A stretch of DNA of 63,923 nt, filler included, from Hyphochytrium catenoides (taxonomy: Eukaryota; Protista; Hyphochytriomycota), in the NCBI GenBank assembly GCA_900088475.1. It is 9 parts of 9 records of this genome, joined end to end, with 100 filler letters (N's around TTAATTAATTAA, not from the genome) between each part and the next. Parts side by side here need not be neighbours in the genome. Positions count along the whole stretch, not along the records: positions 1 to 31,070 come from FLMG01002635.1; 8 more parts are not named here. One strand, 5' to 3'. The stretch's first letter is position 1, and each line of letters begins with the position of its first letter. The notes under the pieces were generated by a model. The model was not told the origin of the DNA and did not search any database. It was given only the letters and a program-made list of their open reading frames with translations. Shown here piece by piece: positions 13,101 to 26,738 of this stretch. Position numbers and translations under genes: made by a program.

Positions 13101-15562
13101 GAAATGCCTTCCTTCTCGTCTGCAACAAGAGTAAGGAGATCCTGGCATTGAGTCTGGATGAAGGTGATGACCTGATTATATATCTCAGGCAGACCCTGAG
13201 ATGTAAGTATACACTAGCGTAAGACACATTATGAACCAAGATGCTAGACCGGTTGATACGCGGGTATTGAGCCATAGTCTAGTGGACCTCACTGTAAAGG
13301 TGATCATCGCGAGGAGGTTGTTTAGCAGAAGAGAGAGATGAAGAGAGTGAGGAATAAAGGAAGAAGCGCTAGCTTCCAGGCATTCGTTTACCTTAAAGGA
13401 ACCGCGCACACCTCCATCCAACTTCCCCTTGGTGAACTCCTCTTCAACGAAGGGCCTTACTACCAGCCGTCCGTATGTCTCCTCGGCCACGGACGCGCGA
13501 TCTAACGCGCAGTAGCCTCTGAGGCAGTGGGCGACAGCTTTCGCATTAACGCGATGCTCTCGACGATACATCGTGTCCGGGACAATCTAGCAGAGAACCG
13601 GGGACAGGATCTTCAGAGTTAGAGGTGGGCTAATATAGGGTTTAAGGTAGAGATGATAGGCAGAAGACATTGTATCAAGAGTAATACAAAAGACGAGAAG
13701 CTCGCTCAGAGGTAGGTAAACGTGTCCTCTGAGGTCGCAGAATGACAAGAGAGAGAAGCTAAGGCGTAAAAAAAATAGCTGTTGAGTGATCTGCCGGCCA
13801 ACCTCGGTAGCAAAGGCGACTTCAAGCTTTTCGAGCACCAGGTCCTGTACACTGTTCACACGCTTGCGAAGGGACTAGAGAGAGAAAGCAAAAAGCGTAG
13901 ACAGAAGGCAGAGCGGTAAACGCAGAACGGATGGTAAGGCTCAATGGGTCAAGTTAGGAGAGAAGGGCATAATATAGGTACAAACCTGTACAAAAGCGAG
14001 GTCTGAGGCTTGCGCGAAGTCATGCAGGAGCGGAAGACACATTCGCGCAACTCTTTCTAGTCTTGCGCATGCTTCTAGGGTTACTTCTCCGGCTTCGTCC
14101 TCTACAGCAAAAGATTGCGGCCAATGGAGATGAGGAAGAGAGATAGAGAGCAGAGAAAGACATTAATTGGGACCGGGACAAGAGACAGAAAGGTGACTAG
14201 ACGAAGGCAGATAGGAGAGCAATGGTCTCTTCTCACCTTCATCTCCTGGGGTATCAATTGCGCCTAAGCCGGAGGTATTCGGGACAAAGTTGCAATAGCT
14301 AGTGCCCGACCCTTCTTCATCATTTTCTGGGAGCTCAGTCTAGCATGAGTAGGTTCTTAGCGCAAGGTAGGCACGTTTCAGGCAGCACAAAGAGAGACAG
14401 AGAACGAGAGAGGAGAGTGAAGGCGAGGCATAGCAGAGAAAGACCTAAAGTCGAGGCAAATCCAACAAGCTAGAGGCAAAATAATCAGATTGGGAGCCTT
14501 TGAAAAGAAAGACTCTGTCTAACCGGGATACGATGGAGAGAGAAGCACAAGCTAAAGAAAAAGGAAAGAGGTCAATTTTTCCCAGCCGTGAACAAAGAGT
14601 CAATGATTTTGTCTACCAATAGTTCTGAGGTTAGCGCTCTCTCCTCTCCAATATCATACGACCCAAGGGTCCCCACATCATCTTCAGGGTTAGACGCAGG
14701 GTCAGCGTCTTTCTCACTCTCTTCATCCTTAGAGAAAGGAGAGAGCTTTGCACTCCCTCTCGTTGGTTTAGCACTGAGACCCAATAAGGTCTCCGCCACA
14801 TCCAGCCGCTCTGCCAGACTGAAGCCGCGAAGACGATCAGTTAAAAGAGCGGAGAAAGCGGCTATGAAGTGTGGGCACAAGAAGAAGAAGAAAGATTGCC
14901 GAGATTTGGTTGAAGATTGAGAGACAGAGTCTCCCAGGCATATCTATTTTGCTAGGGGAACTCAAGCAAAGACAGATGGGCGGATAGACGGATAGATAGA
15001 TAGATGGATAGAGATAGACAGACAGACAGAAAGACAATGACAGGGAACCCGCCACATAGGAACCGAGAAAGAGAGAGAAGCAGCGAAAAGATGCAAGAGA
15101 GAGAGAGAGAGAGCCGGTCGAGCTCAAGAAGTGGGACGAGAGAAGAGCTATCGGTGCTAGAGAACGTAGTATGAGGCAGTTATCGCTTGGTCACGAGACT
15201 GACCTGACGCAAAGATGCAGCTCCTTTTTCACCTGAGACAGTACCTTCTGCTCTTCCAGCTTCTCCTCCAGAAAGTGTAAGGAGTTTTCCTAGCCAGGGG
15301 TCGCAAGGAGAACGGCAGGATTAGAGGAGAGAAGAGGGCTCAGATGGCGAGGTAAGAGATGGCGAGGTAAGAACGTAAGGAAGAAAGAGAGGCAGCACGA
15401 GCATGAAGTGTCATAATCAGTTAGAAAGGGTTCGGAACAGGGAGAGCAGGGTTGGAGATAGCGGGATACAAAGAGACATTAAGGGAGAAGGAGAGGATTG
15501 AGGAGAGAGAGAAAGAAAGAAGAAGGGAAGAGGGGGAAGAGAAAGAAAGAGAGCGAGAGGGA

Positions 15563-15600
<38 letters not shown>

Positions 15601-16169
15601 GAGAAAAGGAGATAGACAGAAGAGAGAGAGAGACAGGGACAGGGAGGGGAGAGAGAGAGACAGAGAGATGACACTGGAGGAAAGTGGCGGAGGATAGACA
15701 GAAGGACAAGAGCCAGTTGGAAAAGGAATGAATGCTAAGAGTTAGTAGTTGACTGAGAAAGAGAGTGTGTTCCCGCCATCCAAGAGCTACGCTGCGCTCT
15801 TACCACTGCGGACCGGACAGCATAGACTTTCTCTCTAATCTCTTGCACTGTCGGTTGCAGTGAGCTAATGGTAGTATCTACGCCTACGAGCCGTGCAGAT
15901 AGCTGCAGAAAGTCCGCATAATCCCTGTTTATAAGGTGCACCAGCTATAGTCCAGGTTAGGTTATTGCCAGCGCTTCTCATAAACGTAAGAGGGACTCGA
16001 AGTAAGGCTCTACCTCCAACTGCAGGGAATGCAGGTGCTTCCGAAGGTCCTCTCTCAGCGTCTGCAGATCAATATTCCGTGCCTGGCAGACGCTAATGAA
16101 ACTCTCTTCATCAAAGGACTTAGCTGTGAAGACCGCCGGGTCAAAGGAAAGTGACAGTGCCTCTTCCAT
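10131..16169 (-). CDS. COG2: Conserved oligomeric Golgi complex subunit 2 (multi-exon)
   Basis: The N-terminus reads FDPAVFTAKSFDEESFIS..LQTLREDLRKHLHSLQLE|LVHLINRDYADFLQLSARLVG, the COG2 signature. Internal motifs include HCLRGYCALD, NSIWKEV and KRWNM-like MKRWNMTVYYQ. The C-terminus reads SDTEKIHMQLMLDINEFG..ESQ* (TAA at 10131). Confidence 0.92.
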
Positions 16170-16820
16170 CCTTCCTTCCCACCCTAAGACCACCTCAACG
16201 GTGCTGACAAACAGCTTAGGATCCTGTCATGTCCGCAAGCTTCGTTAGCACCTGTAACTTTCCGCTCCTTCCATGGTCGATGTGAAGCTTCAGTCCCCCG
16301 TCAGACTATCTTCACATCTTCACCAGCTCCAACTTGGCAGGATCTTCAGAATTATGAGGATCTGCAGATTTCTGGGCCTGAGATGAAGCTTGAAGATCCA
16401 ATTTTCGTGCATGGCCCCACTACCTTCGGCAGTAGGTCTGGCACGTCATAATCTGAATAAACCTACTATCTATTCTATATAAGACTTGATCCTGAAAAGA
16501 TGTTATTAATAAACGATTGCCCTCACGAAAGTAAATGCAAACTGCCCGAATGGAAAGGAGATTTCTGATGTTGATGTGGACAAAAGAGCAATTGTGGAGC
16601 TTTTTCATTGCATTCCTGCTCCTAGAGCAGCTTCTTTAGAGAGCCCAGTCAGTCGTTCAGCTGCTATTAAGACAGGAAGGAAGCTCGGCCCAAGCAGCGT
16701 GAGGACCTCAATGCAGAGCTGAGATGCTAATGCGGCTCGTAGGCCAAAGAGGGCATTGAGTCGGAGCAACGTTGCTAGGGAAACGGCAGGAAGGATTTTA
16801 GGTCTCAGGATGCTTTAGGG

Positions 16821-19641
16821 ATGGCGGCAAGCAAGGTTAGCACAGAGTTCATAGGAGAGATCACTGCGCTCAAGAAGCAGCAAAATGCCGATGAAGCACT
16901 CCGAACTCTGCAGAAGATTGCCGCTCATGTGGCGCCAATCATGAAGGTCTGAGCTCCTCCGTCCCCGTCTTTGCCTCGTGCACCTTCAAAGTGGTTTGAG
17001 AAAGATAGACCTAGGCCTCTAGCCTCTTTGACCCTATCAAAACAATGCTGACCGCATGGCCCTTTCAATAGAAGCGGAGCTGGTTTGTCGGCAAGCTGCA
17101 GGAATTCTTTCCTTCCAATCGCAATCTGCTGGGCATGAATGTCAACCGGGGGGCCAAAATCTTCGTTCGCTGTGAGTCTAAACTCTTTTTGGACTCCTCT
17201 TCCTGCCTACCATTTTCTCTTTCTCTCACGCTGTCAATCTTCCCTTACACCGGTGGCTTTCTCTCTCTTCTTTGCGGCTGAGAGTGTCTCCACCGTCTTT
17301 CTCTCATCTCTCTCTCTTTTACTTCCTCTGTTGGTTTATCACTGCAGTGCGGCCGGCACACGATGAGAAGAGCTTTTATCCCTATCATCATGTCCTGGGG
17401 ACGATGCTGCACGAGCTGGTGCACATGGTGAGTCTGGACTCCTTAAACTTGCTGATCTAGCTCCTTTCTTTCAATCTGCTCTTCACCTGTCGTCTCTGCT
17501 ACTTCCCATTCTGTCGGTCCTCTTTTCGGTTTGACTTGCTGCTTGCCCGCGTCGTCTCCTCGTAGATTGGTTCTGCTCTTCAGTCGCTGCCTCAGACTCT
17601 TGTATTTGTTCCCATTCTTCTCTCATTCTCTCTCTCTGTCTCTGTCTCTATCTCTCGCGCCTTAGCTCTCTCTCTCGCGCTCTCTCTCTCTCTCTCTCTC
17701 TCACGCGCTCTCTCTCTATGTCCAGCTCTCTCTCTCGCTCTCTCCCTCTCTCTTTCCATTGTGTCTCCCCTTCTCTCTTTTCTTTCTTTTTCTCTCTCTT
17801 CATCCCACTTTCCTTTTGCTGTGGACCTCTCTCCCTCCTCTCGCGCTCTTCCTCTGGCTTTTTTTCTCTCACTTTCTCACTTCCTTCCTCTCCCATTCTC
17901 TCTCCACATTCCCTACTTCTTCTTTCTTCCTAGCCTCACTTTCTCCTTTCTAATTTTCTACTTTTCTCCTTTTCTCCTAGTCTCCGTTTGTTTGTCTGAT
18001 TTGATCTCTCTTCCTACAGTTCCCTGCACTGCTCTCACTCTCTTAACGCATATCAATTGACAGAAAATCGGTCCCCATAATGACGCTTTCTACAAGGTAA
18101 CAGAGTCGATAATGCTCCTCCATTGGCTTGGATACTCAGCTTATTCTAACAGTTCTTGGATGAGCTCTGGGAGGAGGCTGACATGATCTCAGATGGTGAG
18201 GGATTTTTAGCTGTTAGCCTTTGAACTATCATACCTCGTACTCGCCTCCTGGCTTATTCATCGTCATTCATCGTCATCATTAGGGAAAATGCTGCCTGCT
18301 ACTCCTTTCTCTGGAGCAGGCCATAAACTGGGTGGCAGGAATCCGATGAGCGCCAGAACTGCAGCGGCAGAGGCCGCGGAGAGACGACGGAAGGTGCGTG
18401 GAACGAGTGACCCTCTCAGACTATCTCGTGGCGGTCGATAGCTTTCCTCTCTCTCACCTTTGATTTACCGTCTGCTCGGATCTTAGCTTCTTCTGCACAC
18501 TCAGGTGCACATCTGCCGTTGATCTATTTGTCAGTGAGCTTGCTCTACCACTCGGTCAAAGTAGTGTGTCTCTGAACAGCTTACCATTGACTGCTTCTAT
18601 AAATTATGTCTCCTTACGGTTCTGCTATGTTGGTCAATAGAAGCAGATGTGGGGCGGAGCTTCAGGAGTCCGTCTAGGCGGAGACGAAGGTACCAACAAA
18701 CAGGTGAGAAGCAGACTCACTTTCAAGTGTCAAAAGCCACGGCCTTCTTCTGCATTGCCGCTGATTATTAATCTCAAGGCAAAAAGGAAGCTGACGCCGC
18801 AAGAACTCAGACGAAGAGCTCTTGAGGCAGCAGAAAGAAGGTACGACATATGAGAAAGGGTTAGATGTCACGGATTCTTAGCGCCTCGCCTCTTGCGCTC
18901 TTCTGTCTCCATCTTACTCCCAAGGTTGCGCGACAATGAGGAGTGCCGCGCTGTCCTAGACGGTCATTCCGTCACTATCGACGGTGTTGAAGAAGAACGC
19001 AGAGTAGAGCCAGAAGATATAAAACCCACTGTCCTCGTCCGCTCTCTTTCTATCTCAAACAAGGCTAAAACTACGGCTGGGACGGCCCCCAATGCCGTCC
19101 CTACGCGCGAGAAAGAACCAGAGATTGTCATCATTGATGACGAAGTCGACAATGAGAAGGAAAAGATAGTAGAAAGGATAGAAGATTCGGAGGAGGTGAC
19201 TCTCGTTGAGGTCGTTGTGCCACGTTCTCCGCTGTCGACTTGGTCCTGTCCTGAATGTACACTGATAAACAGCAGTAAACGGGAAGATTGTGAGGCCTGC
19301 GGCTTCTCTCAACGCACGGGAAAGCCTGGTGATGAAGTGGAAGTGATCTCTTCCAAGCTTCATACAGCTGCGTCTTCCTCTTCTCTTGGTCCCTCGTCTA
19401 ATGCTCCGTCTTCGCGGGATCGAAAGCGACCAGCCCCGGTAGAAGAGACCCTGGAGGACGAGGTGAGAGCAAAAGAGTTGATACTCCATCTCGATCTTCA
19501 AAGCACTTTCTTAGCTTCCTCTGTCCGTGGCCTCTTTTTGCTGTTCGTCTCCCGTTCTTTTTCCCTCTTTGTGTCTGTATTGTGGCATTGCTTTCTGCTA
19601 CTCTTTCCTTTTGCCTCCGTCAATTTGCCTCTTCCTCTCAT

Positions 19642-19673
<32 letters not shown>

Positions 19674-20272
19674 GCTCTCACTCTCTCTCTCTCTCTCGCA
19701 CGCTCTCTCTCTCTCTCTCTCTTTCTTTCTGCTCTCTTTGCTTTCTCTCTTTTCCGAACTGTACGCCTGGCACGCTTTTCTTTACTCAATGGATTGTCTG
19801 GCACTTTGCTCTTCTCTCCCTCTCTGTGTCCCTCTCCCTCTCTCTCTCTCCACCCTCTCCCGAAGTAGGCCTGGACCTGTGACGCATGTACGTTGGTCAA
19901 CTCTCTTTCCAACCTCACATGCGGGGCTTGCGGCAACGCGCGCTTGCGAGTGGCAAGGTACTTCTTTCCCCGAAGTCTACGTCACTAATCCTGTTTCCTC
20001 TCTGTCGTCCATTGGTCTCTTGCGGAGTCTCTCAGTCCACTTCTTAGTCCACTTCTTGTTCCGGCTCTGCCTCTGCAAGCCGTGCAATTCCAACAGCTCT
20101 TATCTTCAGCCTATCCCAGCGGTAAGTCCTACTCTATAGTTGACCTTTCTCGTTTAGGCTCCCGCTCAATGGTGCCAGCAGGGATGATGAGGCGTCTTCG
20201 TCGTCCTTTAACCCTTTTCAAGCGCTCACATCGTCCTCTCATCACGCGTGGAGAGGATCAAAACCGCTCTGA
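16821..20272 (+). CDS. WSS1: WSS1-like DNA-dependent metalloprotease (WLM domain) with two RanBP2-type zinc fingers
   Basis: Exons give LQKIAAHVAPIMK|KRSWFVGKLQEFFPSNRNLLGMNVNRGAKIFVR|LRP..VLGTMLHELVHM|KIGPHNDAFYK, a WLM domain with HExxH. Two fingers follow: WSCPECTLINSSKREDCEACG and WTCDACTLVNSLSNLTCGACG. The last exons are less certain. Confidence 0.9.
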
Positions 20273-20733
20273 ATATTGCTCTCAGACAGTTCTGGATGCT
20301 GCGATGGGAACCGACACCTCTCTTGCTACCTCTCTCATCTCTATCTCTCACTCTTGATTTGCTGCCGCTGCTTTGCTGGTCTAAAGATGTTCCAGCTGAC
20401 ATTGTCCTGGCACTCCTTCTACTATTTATAAGGATAATTCTCATTATTTATAAACAGCCTCCGTACGGTTGGACGCACTCTCTTCTGTTTTTTTTGCAGT
20501 TTCCCATTCCTCAAGGCTGCTTCACACTTGGTCTCAATGTGCCTCTTGGGTTCCAAGCGCTATCCTGGGACGGCCCTGGGCACACATCCCAGTCCCGAGT
20601 AAGTGCTCTAAGGAAGCTTAGCAGCACAACCACTTTCGTCTCTACAAATGGGCGCTTCTGTTATATCCAAATGTTGTCTCTGTCTGTCCTCTCTCCCAGT
20701 GCTCCTGGGTCTGGCTACTTCCTCTCTTGTCCT

Positions 20734-23508
20734 TCATCTAAATGGCTTTTCCTTGAAATCTGCGTCTTGAATAAATTCCTCATCACGATGACGGGAAGGT
20801 GTGGTTTCCTTCTTGCGTCTTCTGAAGCTTCTGCCGCCCTCATCGTCCATCAAATTGATCCTTACGCCGTCAAAGTCCTCCACTGCACAGAACACTAGAT
20901 CAGAGGCGAGGCTCTCAAGAACAGTGATACATCTCCGCCACTCTCCAGAATAGCGGAGTACTTACCAATCAGAGACACAATCTCTACCTTTTTCTCGCTG
21001 TTGTCATTGCCAGAAGTGAAGAGAAGGCGCCCGACAGGCCTGCCGCGAGGGTCCAACAGCCCTAAGTGTGCCTTTACGCGCTGCTTCCCATTAACCTCTG
21101 AATCCATAGCCAGAGCGGTAGACATCGCACCGTCATTTGCACACGCACAGAGAGAGCGAGAGAGATTACTCGTTAAGCCATGTGCCTTGTGGGAGTTCTA
21201 GTGAATCTGCCCGACGGCGGATGACTGAGAGGAAAATTGAAGAAGCGACCAGTGAGGAAGGCAAGAGAAGGCATGGCTGGTGATACACGCGATGAAAGAA
21301 GGGCGGCACGAACGTGACACATAGTCAGGACGTGTCACGTGTCAAGAACAAATCGAGGAGACAAGAAAGGGCCCAACCTTCCTCAAAGACCTCTTCGGTC
21401 CCTCCAATCGCTACCTCACAGCCAAACAACGCCCTTGCGCGCTCATCGCTGTTGACTCTGTCTGCGGCTTCCCTGCATATAGGGAAGAAGTATCAAGAGA
21501 GCGGGAGAAAGAAGGAGGAATGAGAAAGAGAGATTAGACGCAAGAGCAAGAAGATCGTACTGCTTGTCAGGGGAAGCATCGACGACTAGCTAAGAAAAAG
21601 AGAGAGACAAAAGAAGAATGACCGGATGAGAGAGAGAACAGAGACGAATATGAAAGTGGAGAGACTCTAAGTAAACAAGGGACAACGACGGATGATAAGG
21701 CAATTAAGTCAAAGGAAAGGATCATTGAATAGGCAGTAAAACTCCTCTTTCTAGTCTGTTTTCTTACTGGAGGAGCTCCTGAAGGTCAGACATGGAGGTC
21801 AGAAGAGACTCGAACAGATTATTAATGATTGTGTCAAGAATTCCTATGACACAGAGATTCTCGCTTAGCACTCGGTGCAGCGGACGCTTGAGAAGAGAGA
21901 GAGAGACAGACGGCAAAAAGACTTGAACCTTACTGAGAAAGAAGAGCAGTCTTAAGGGCAGAGCAAGGGAACGGCGCTATCAGCTGCGTTCTTACCTCCA
22001 CTACGAGGACCGATCGTTTCCTCTCGACCTCTATACATCAAGCCATCCGGTCCGTTGCCCCTTCCTCTTCCTTTATCAAGGGCAACAGTGTGAGAGGACG
22101 GACACGCGAGGAGAAGAGATCGAATGAGAGGAAGAGAGGAAAGCCTTTACTAGCCTGCGGAGACTCAAAGGATGTGCAGGACAGGAACAGGAAGTAGCGG
22201 GGCTTCCCTGTTGGAAGTGTCTCGAAGAAGGGCGAGCCAGTAGTGCTGAGCGGGCAAATGGGAGAGTCCCGAGGAGAAGAAAGAGAGAGACAGAAGAGTC
22301 TCAGATCTACCTGAGAAGAGCTCGCGAGCCTTCCTGCTCAGCTGGCTCCCAAGGAGGAAAGCAAGGCCCACACCTCCAGCCAAGATTGCAAAGCCAACTA
22401 TGATAGGAAGAGACAAGAGATGATATGAGGAGGGGAAAAAGCAGCGGGACAAACGGAGAAAAATAAAAAGAGAGAAGGAGGGAGTCACAGTACAGGTTTG
22501 CTCAGCCTCACTGTCGAGAAGGAGAGAGAGAGAGAGAGAGAGACAGAGCGAAGAGATAGAGAGGAGAGAGACAAAGAAGGGTTCAAGAGGAAAAGGGACT
22601 GATGGGCTGAAGCAAACGTCCACAAGTATGAGGAAGGCATTGAGTGAAGAAAGATTTGGAGGGAGAGAGGAACGCAGAGGAGAAGTGACAGAGCACTGCA
22701 CTGACAGATTAAAAGAGAGAGATGGAAAGAGAGAGAGAAGGAGCAGAAAGATAAAGAGCTAAGAGAGAAAGAGACACATCGCCTTCTGCTGTGTAACATA
22801 ACCTCCAAAGGTAACCAACACGCCGCCTACTACTAGGGCTCCTGCCGAGTACAAGGCCAGCGCGAGCTTCGACGGCGGTCCTCCTCCACCGCGATTATTA
22901 AACGAAGCAAAGTGCCGGACCTGCGGCTGCTGTGAGGCGCGATGGATAGGATAGACTCTTCCAGCAATAGCCGCTAAAGGAAGAGACTGGCGTGAAACAC
23001 GCTGCAGGCCAGACTTCCTTAGTGATGTTGGCTTCTGCAGATATTTTCTAGCCCAAGAGTGGTTTCCCGTGCAAACATAGAAGGGGTAGAAGAGGAGAGG
23101 AGGAGCTGGCCGCGACTGCTTCTTTTCTTTCTCTATGTCATAGCTTGAGAGCGCAATAGGCAGATCTTCTTCGGCCTGTCCAAGGCCCAGCACCCTCTTC
23201 TTCAGAAAGGAGCACTCCTTCTCACTATTGTCCGTCCCAGTGCCAGATTTGCCGTCTAGCTTGGGCCCGTTATAAAGCAATGGCAGGCCTCGTCGCAATC
23301 GAAGGTTGTCCTTCCACTGAAGAGGAGCAGAACTGGTGCTCAAGGCGGAAAAGTGGGCTCTGGGCCCGTCAGTGTGTCTCCGAATGATCGCCGTACTGTT
23401 CGAAACGAACTTTCTCTCTATAGAGATCCGCCCGGCTTGCTGTCGGTGAACTCTGGCCACGGCTTCTCGCAGCCCGCTGGCCGAAGAAAGCCTTCTACCA
23501 GCTATCAT
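20734..23508 (-). CDS. Putative mitochondrial inner-membrane protein (spliced, possible Tim21/Coa1-like soluble domain)
   Basis: An Arg/Ser/Ala-rich presequence-like N-terminus precedes hydrophobic segments (LALALYSAGALVVGGVLVTFG|VGFAILAGGVGLAFLLG), then EAADRVNSDERARALFGCEVAIG and beta-rich exons. The family assignment is weak, and the stop is either 20783 or 20734. Confidence 0.5.
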
Positions 23509-23884
23509 CCTGCCTTCCTCATCTACGTATTGCTTCTGGTCTCTTAGCCTCGATAAAGGAGCACCGTCAATGAGATCTGCAGCTTGCGTCTCCAGATCTT
23601 CATCTGAAGCTTCAGACTGAAGATTTCTTCATCATCAGAACCACGGCCTGCGGCGAATTCTTCCCTATTGACCTGATATTATCGTAGTACCTCTGCCCTA
23701 AATGTAGTAGGGCTAAAAGAAATTTAGGTATTATATTTGAGCAGCAGAGCGGGTAGTTGTAGTGATTGAGTCCAGAGTGGCGTCATTATATTGTCGCTTT
23801 TTATAGGAGAGATAGGCGTTAGCGGCATGACGTCGTGGTGTGAGTGATGGTTCTGAAGGTGCAGTTGTCACGACTCCCCAGACG

Positions 23885-23894
23885 TCATCAGAAT

Positions 23895-23954
<60 letters not shown>

Positions 23955-24076
23955 TCATCATCAAAATGCTCTCTCTCTCTCTCTCCTCTCTCTCACACTC
24001 ATCATCAAATGCTCGCTCTCTCTCTCTCTCTCACTCATCATCGAAATGCTCTCTCTCTCTCACTCATCATCGAAAT

Positions 24077-24110
<34 letters not shown>
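23885..24110. repeat. Compound minisatellite CACTCATCATC(G/A)AAATG-(CT)n, about 5 copies
   Basis: A fixed 17-18 nt motif recurs, separated by (CT)n tracts of variable length. Confidence 0.8.
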
Positions 24111-24112
<2 letters not shown>

Positions 24113-24487
24113 CCTCGGCTCTCTCTCTCTCTGTGTCTCTCTGTCTCTCTCTCTCTTTTCTCTCTCTTGCTTTTCTCTCTCTCTCCTCCTTCCTCTCAGT
24201 CTTTCCTCTCTCTCTGGTGTCTGCTGGGTCGTTTCGTCCCATTTGCACACCATCTCCACTCTTCTCTGTTTGCTCTCTCTTCCTCTCTCTTTCCCTCTGT
24301 GGTCGCTACATACGTTCTGTCTATAAGGCCGCCAGTCCCTTTTCGCTGCAGTCCGTCTATCCATCTGCTCGCGTGTCTCGCGAGTGTTGCCTGAGCTCTG
24401 CACCATCAAGACGACACCTCTCCTGACCAGTGTCCAAGAGGGTCTCGCTTCTTTCTGGAGAAAAGAGAGAGGGAAGGAGAGAGAGAG

Positions 24488-24518
<31 letters not shown>

Positions 24519-24550
24519 GAGACGCAGAAAGCACCTGCTGGTGGTTAAGG

Positions 24551-25216
24551 ATGGCGGCATTGCTAAGGCAGAGGCCGCGCTTGCGTCTCCTGCAGCTGCG
24601 GGAGATGCCAATCTTTGACCAACTCTGTCTCGAAGAGAAGCTGTTACGACACACAGAGGACAACTGGTAAGGATAGCAACCTCTCTCTTTCTTACTCTCT
24701 TTAATGATGAACCAACAGGTCTGAGCTTGGTCTCTCTCTCTCTCTCAGTCTCTCTCTCCGCAGGCTCTCTCTCTCCCCACAGTGTCTCTCCGCACCGTGT
24801 CTCTCCCTTTGTTCCTCTCTCTCTGTCCCTCTCTCTCTCTGTCTCTCTCTCTCTCTTTGTCTCTCCTCTATATTTGCATATATCCTCTCTTCTTGCTGTC
24901 TGCAACGGTCGGTCTCTGCCTCTCTCCTTCTGTCCTTTCCCTCTTCTTCCATTCTCTCTCTGCCCTTTCTCTCTTCTTGCATTCCACATACACTGCTGGC
25001 CAAGAGAGCTTTCTCTCTGTCTTTCACTTCTCGCGCTCTTGTTTGGCCCTCGTGGACTTCTCGCATCCCTTCCCACTAATCAATTTTGGCTTCTCCGCCC
25101 TCTCTCTTTGTCTTCTCTCTCTCTCTCTCTCTCTCCCTGTCTCTCTCTCTCTCTCTCTCTGTCTGTCTCTCTCTCTCTCTTTTCTCTATCCCTCTCTGGC
25201 GCTCTCTCGTCCTTCC

Positions 25217-25248
<32 letters not shown>

Positions 25249-25453
25249 TCTCTCTTTCTTTCTCTATCTTCCCCTCTGTCTTCCTCTTTCACTGACAGGT
25301 TCGTGGTGAACGAGGGAGAGATAGCTCCCACGGTAGTGTTAGGGATAAATGGCAAGCCAGAGCGGCTGCTGCACGTTGATAAAGTTAGAAGGTGAGAGGG
25401 GGCAGTAGGACGAGAGAGAGAGATGGACGATCGATGGACGGTTTAGGGAAAGA

Positions 25454-25484
<31 letters not shown>

Positions 25485-26084
25485 CGAGAAAAATGGGTAG
25501 AAGAGAAAGCAGAGAACAGTGGGAAGTGAAAGAGACCAGAGGGTCGGTACGAGAAAAGACAGCGCGAAAGAGGACACTCGCAATAACTCACCAGAGAGAG
25601 AGAGATGGGAAGAGAGAGAAAGAGAGAAAGAGCGAGAGAGCGAGAGAGAGTACAAGAAGGAGCAAGAGAGGGAGAGAGCGAGTCGTGACGGTTAGAGTGA
25701 AGAAAAGGCTTGCTAAGAAGATCGTAATTTAGGCAGGAGTTCCTTAGAGCGTAAACCATTTCCTTGCTGTCACTAATCTGTCTCTCTCTCTCTCTTTTCT
25801 CTCCATGTCGCTCCTCTGTGGTCTCTCTCGCTGTCCCAGTGACGGGATTCCGTTGATAAAGAGATTCTCAGGCGGTGGGACGGTGGTCGTGGACCGGAAC
25901 ACTGTCTTCACGGCATTCATTTGCAACAAAGGGGACATCACAGGCGTGGAGCCCTTTCCTCGGCCCATCATGAACTGGACAGAGAGCTTCTATAGACCTG
26001 TCTTTACAGATTTATGCGGCAATAAGCAGGTCTCTCTCTCTGTCTTCCTCTTTCTCTCTCTTTTTCATTCTTTCTTTCTTTCTT

Positions 26085-26121
<37 letters not shown>

Positions 26122-26670
26122 GTATTTCTGCGCTTTTTTCTCTCTCACACGATTGACGCGGCAGGGAGCATCTCTCTCTCTCTCCTCTTTTGTCGCTCTC
26201 TCGATCTTTTCTCTCTTGCTTGCGGGCTCTCTCTCTTCTGTCCCGGTTTCTTCTTTCTCTTATTGTCCAGTGCCTATGATTCCTTCTGACTCGACCGTCA
26301 TCGTAGCTACATATCTTCTTACTGACTTCCTTTTAGATTAGTCTTTCACTAGCCTGCAGCGTCTCCTAAACCTTCTCTTCCCTTCTCTCACCGTTTGTCC
26401 GTCTCTCAAACCGTCTTTCTCTCTTTGTTTCTGCTCGCTCTTCGCCCGTCTCTTCTTTCATGGATGTCCCACTTCTCACCCATCTTCTCTTCCTTCCTGG
26501 CGTTCCGTGCTGTAGGAGTTTAGCCTTCTCGAGCATGACTACGTGCTTGGCAAAAGGAAATTTGGAGGCAATGCCCAAAGTGAGTGCAAGCGCTCCTTCT
26601 ATTGTCTCTGCTCTGTGGAACTCTCTCTGTTCTCGGGGACCGTCGCACTACTTTCTCTGCTTCTGGCCAT

Positions 26671-26738
<68 letters not shown>

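Noticed and set aside
23885-24110. CRISPR-like repeat-spacer appearance
   Set aside because: The spacers are plain (CT)n, the context is eukaryotic, and there are no cas genes.
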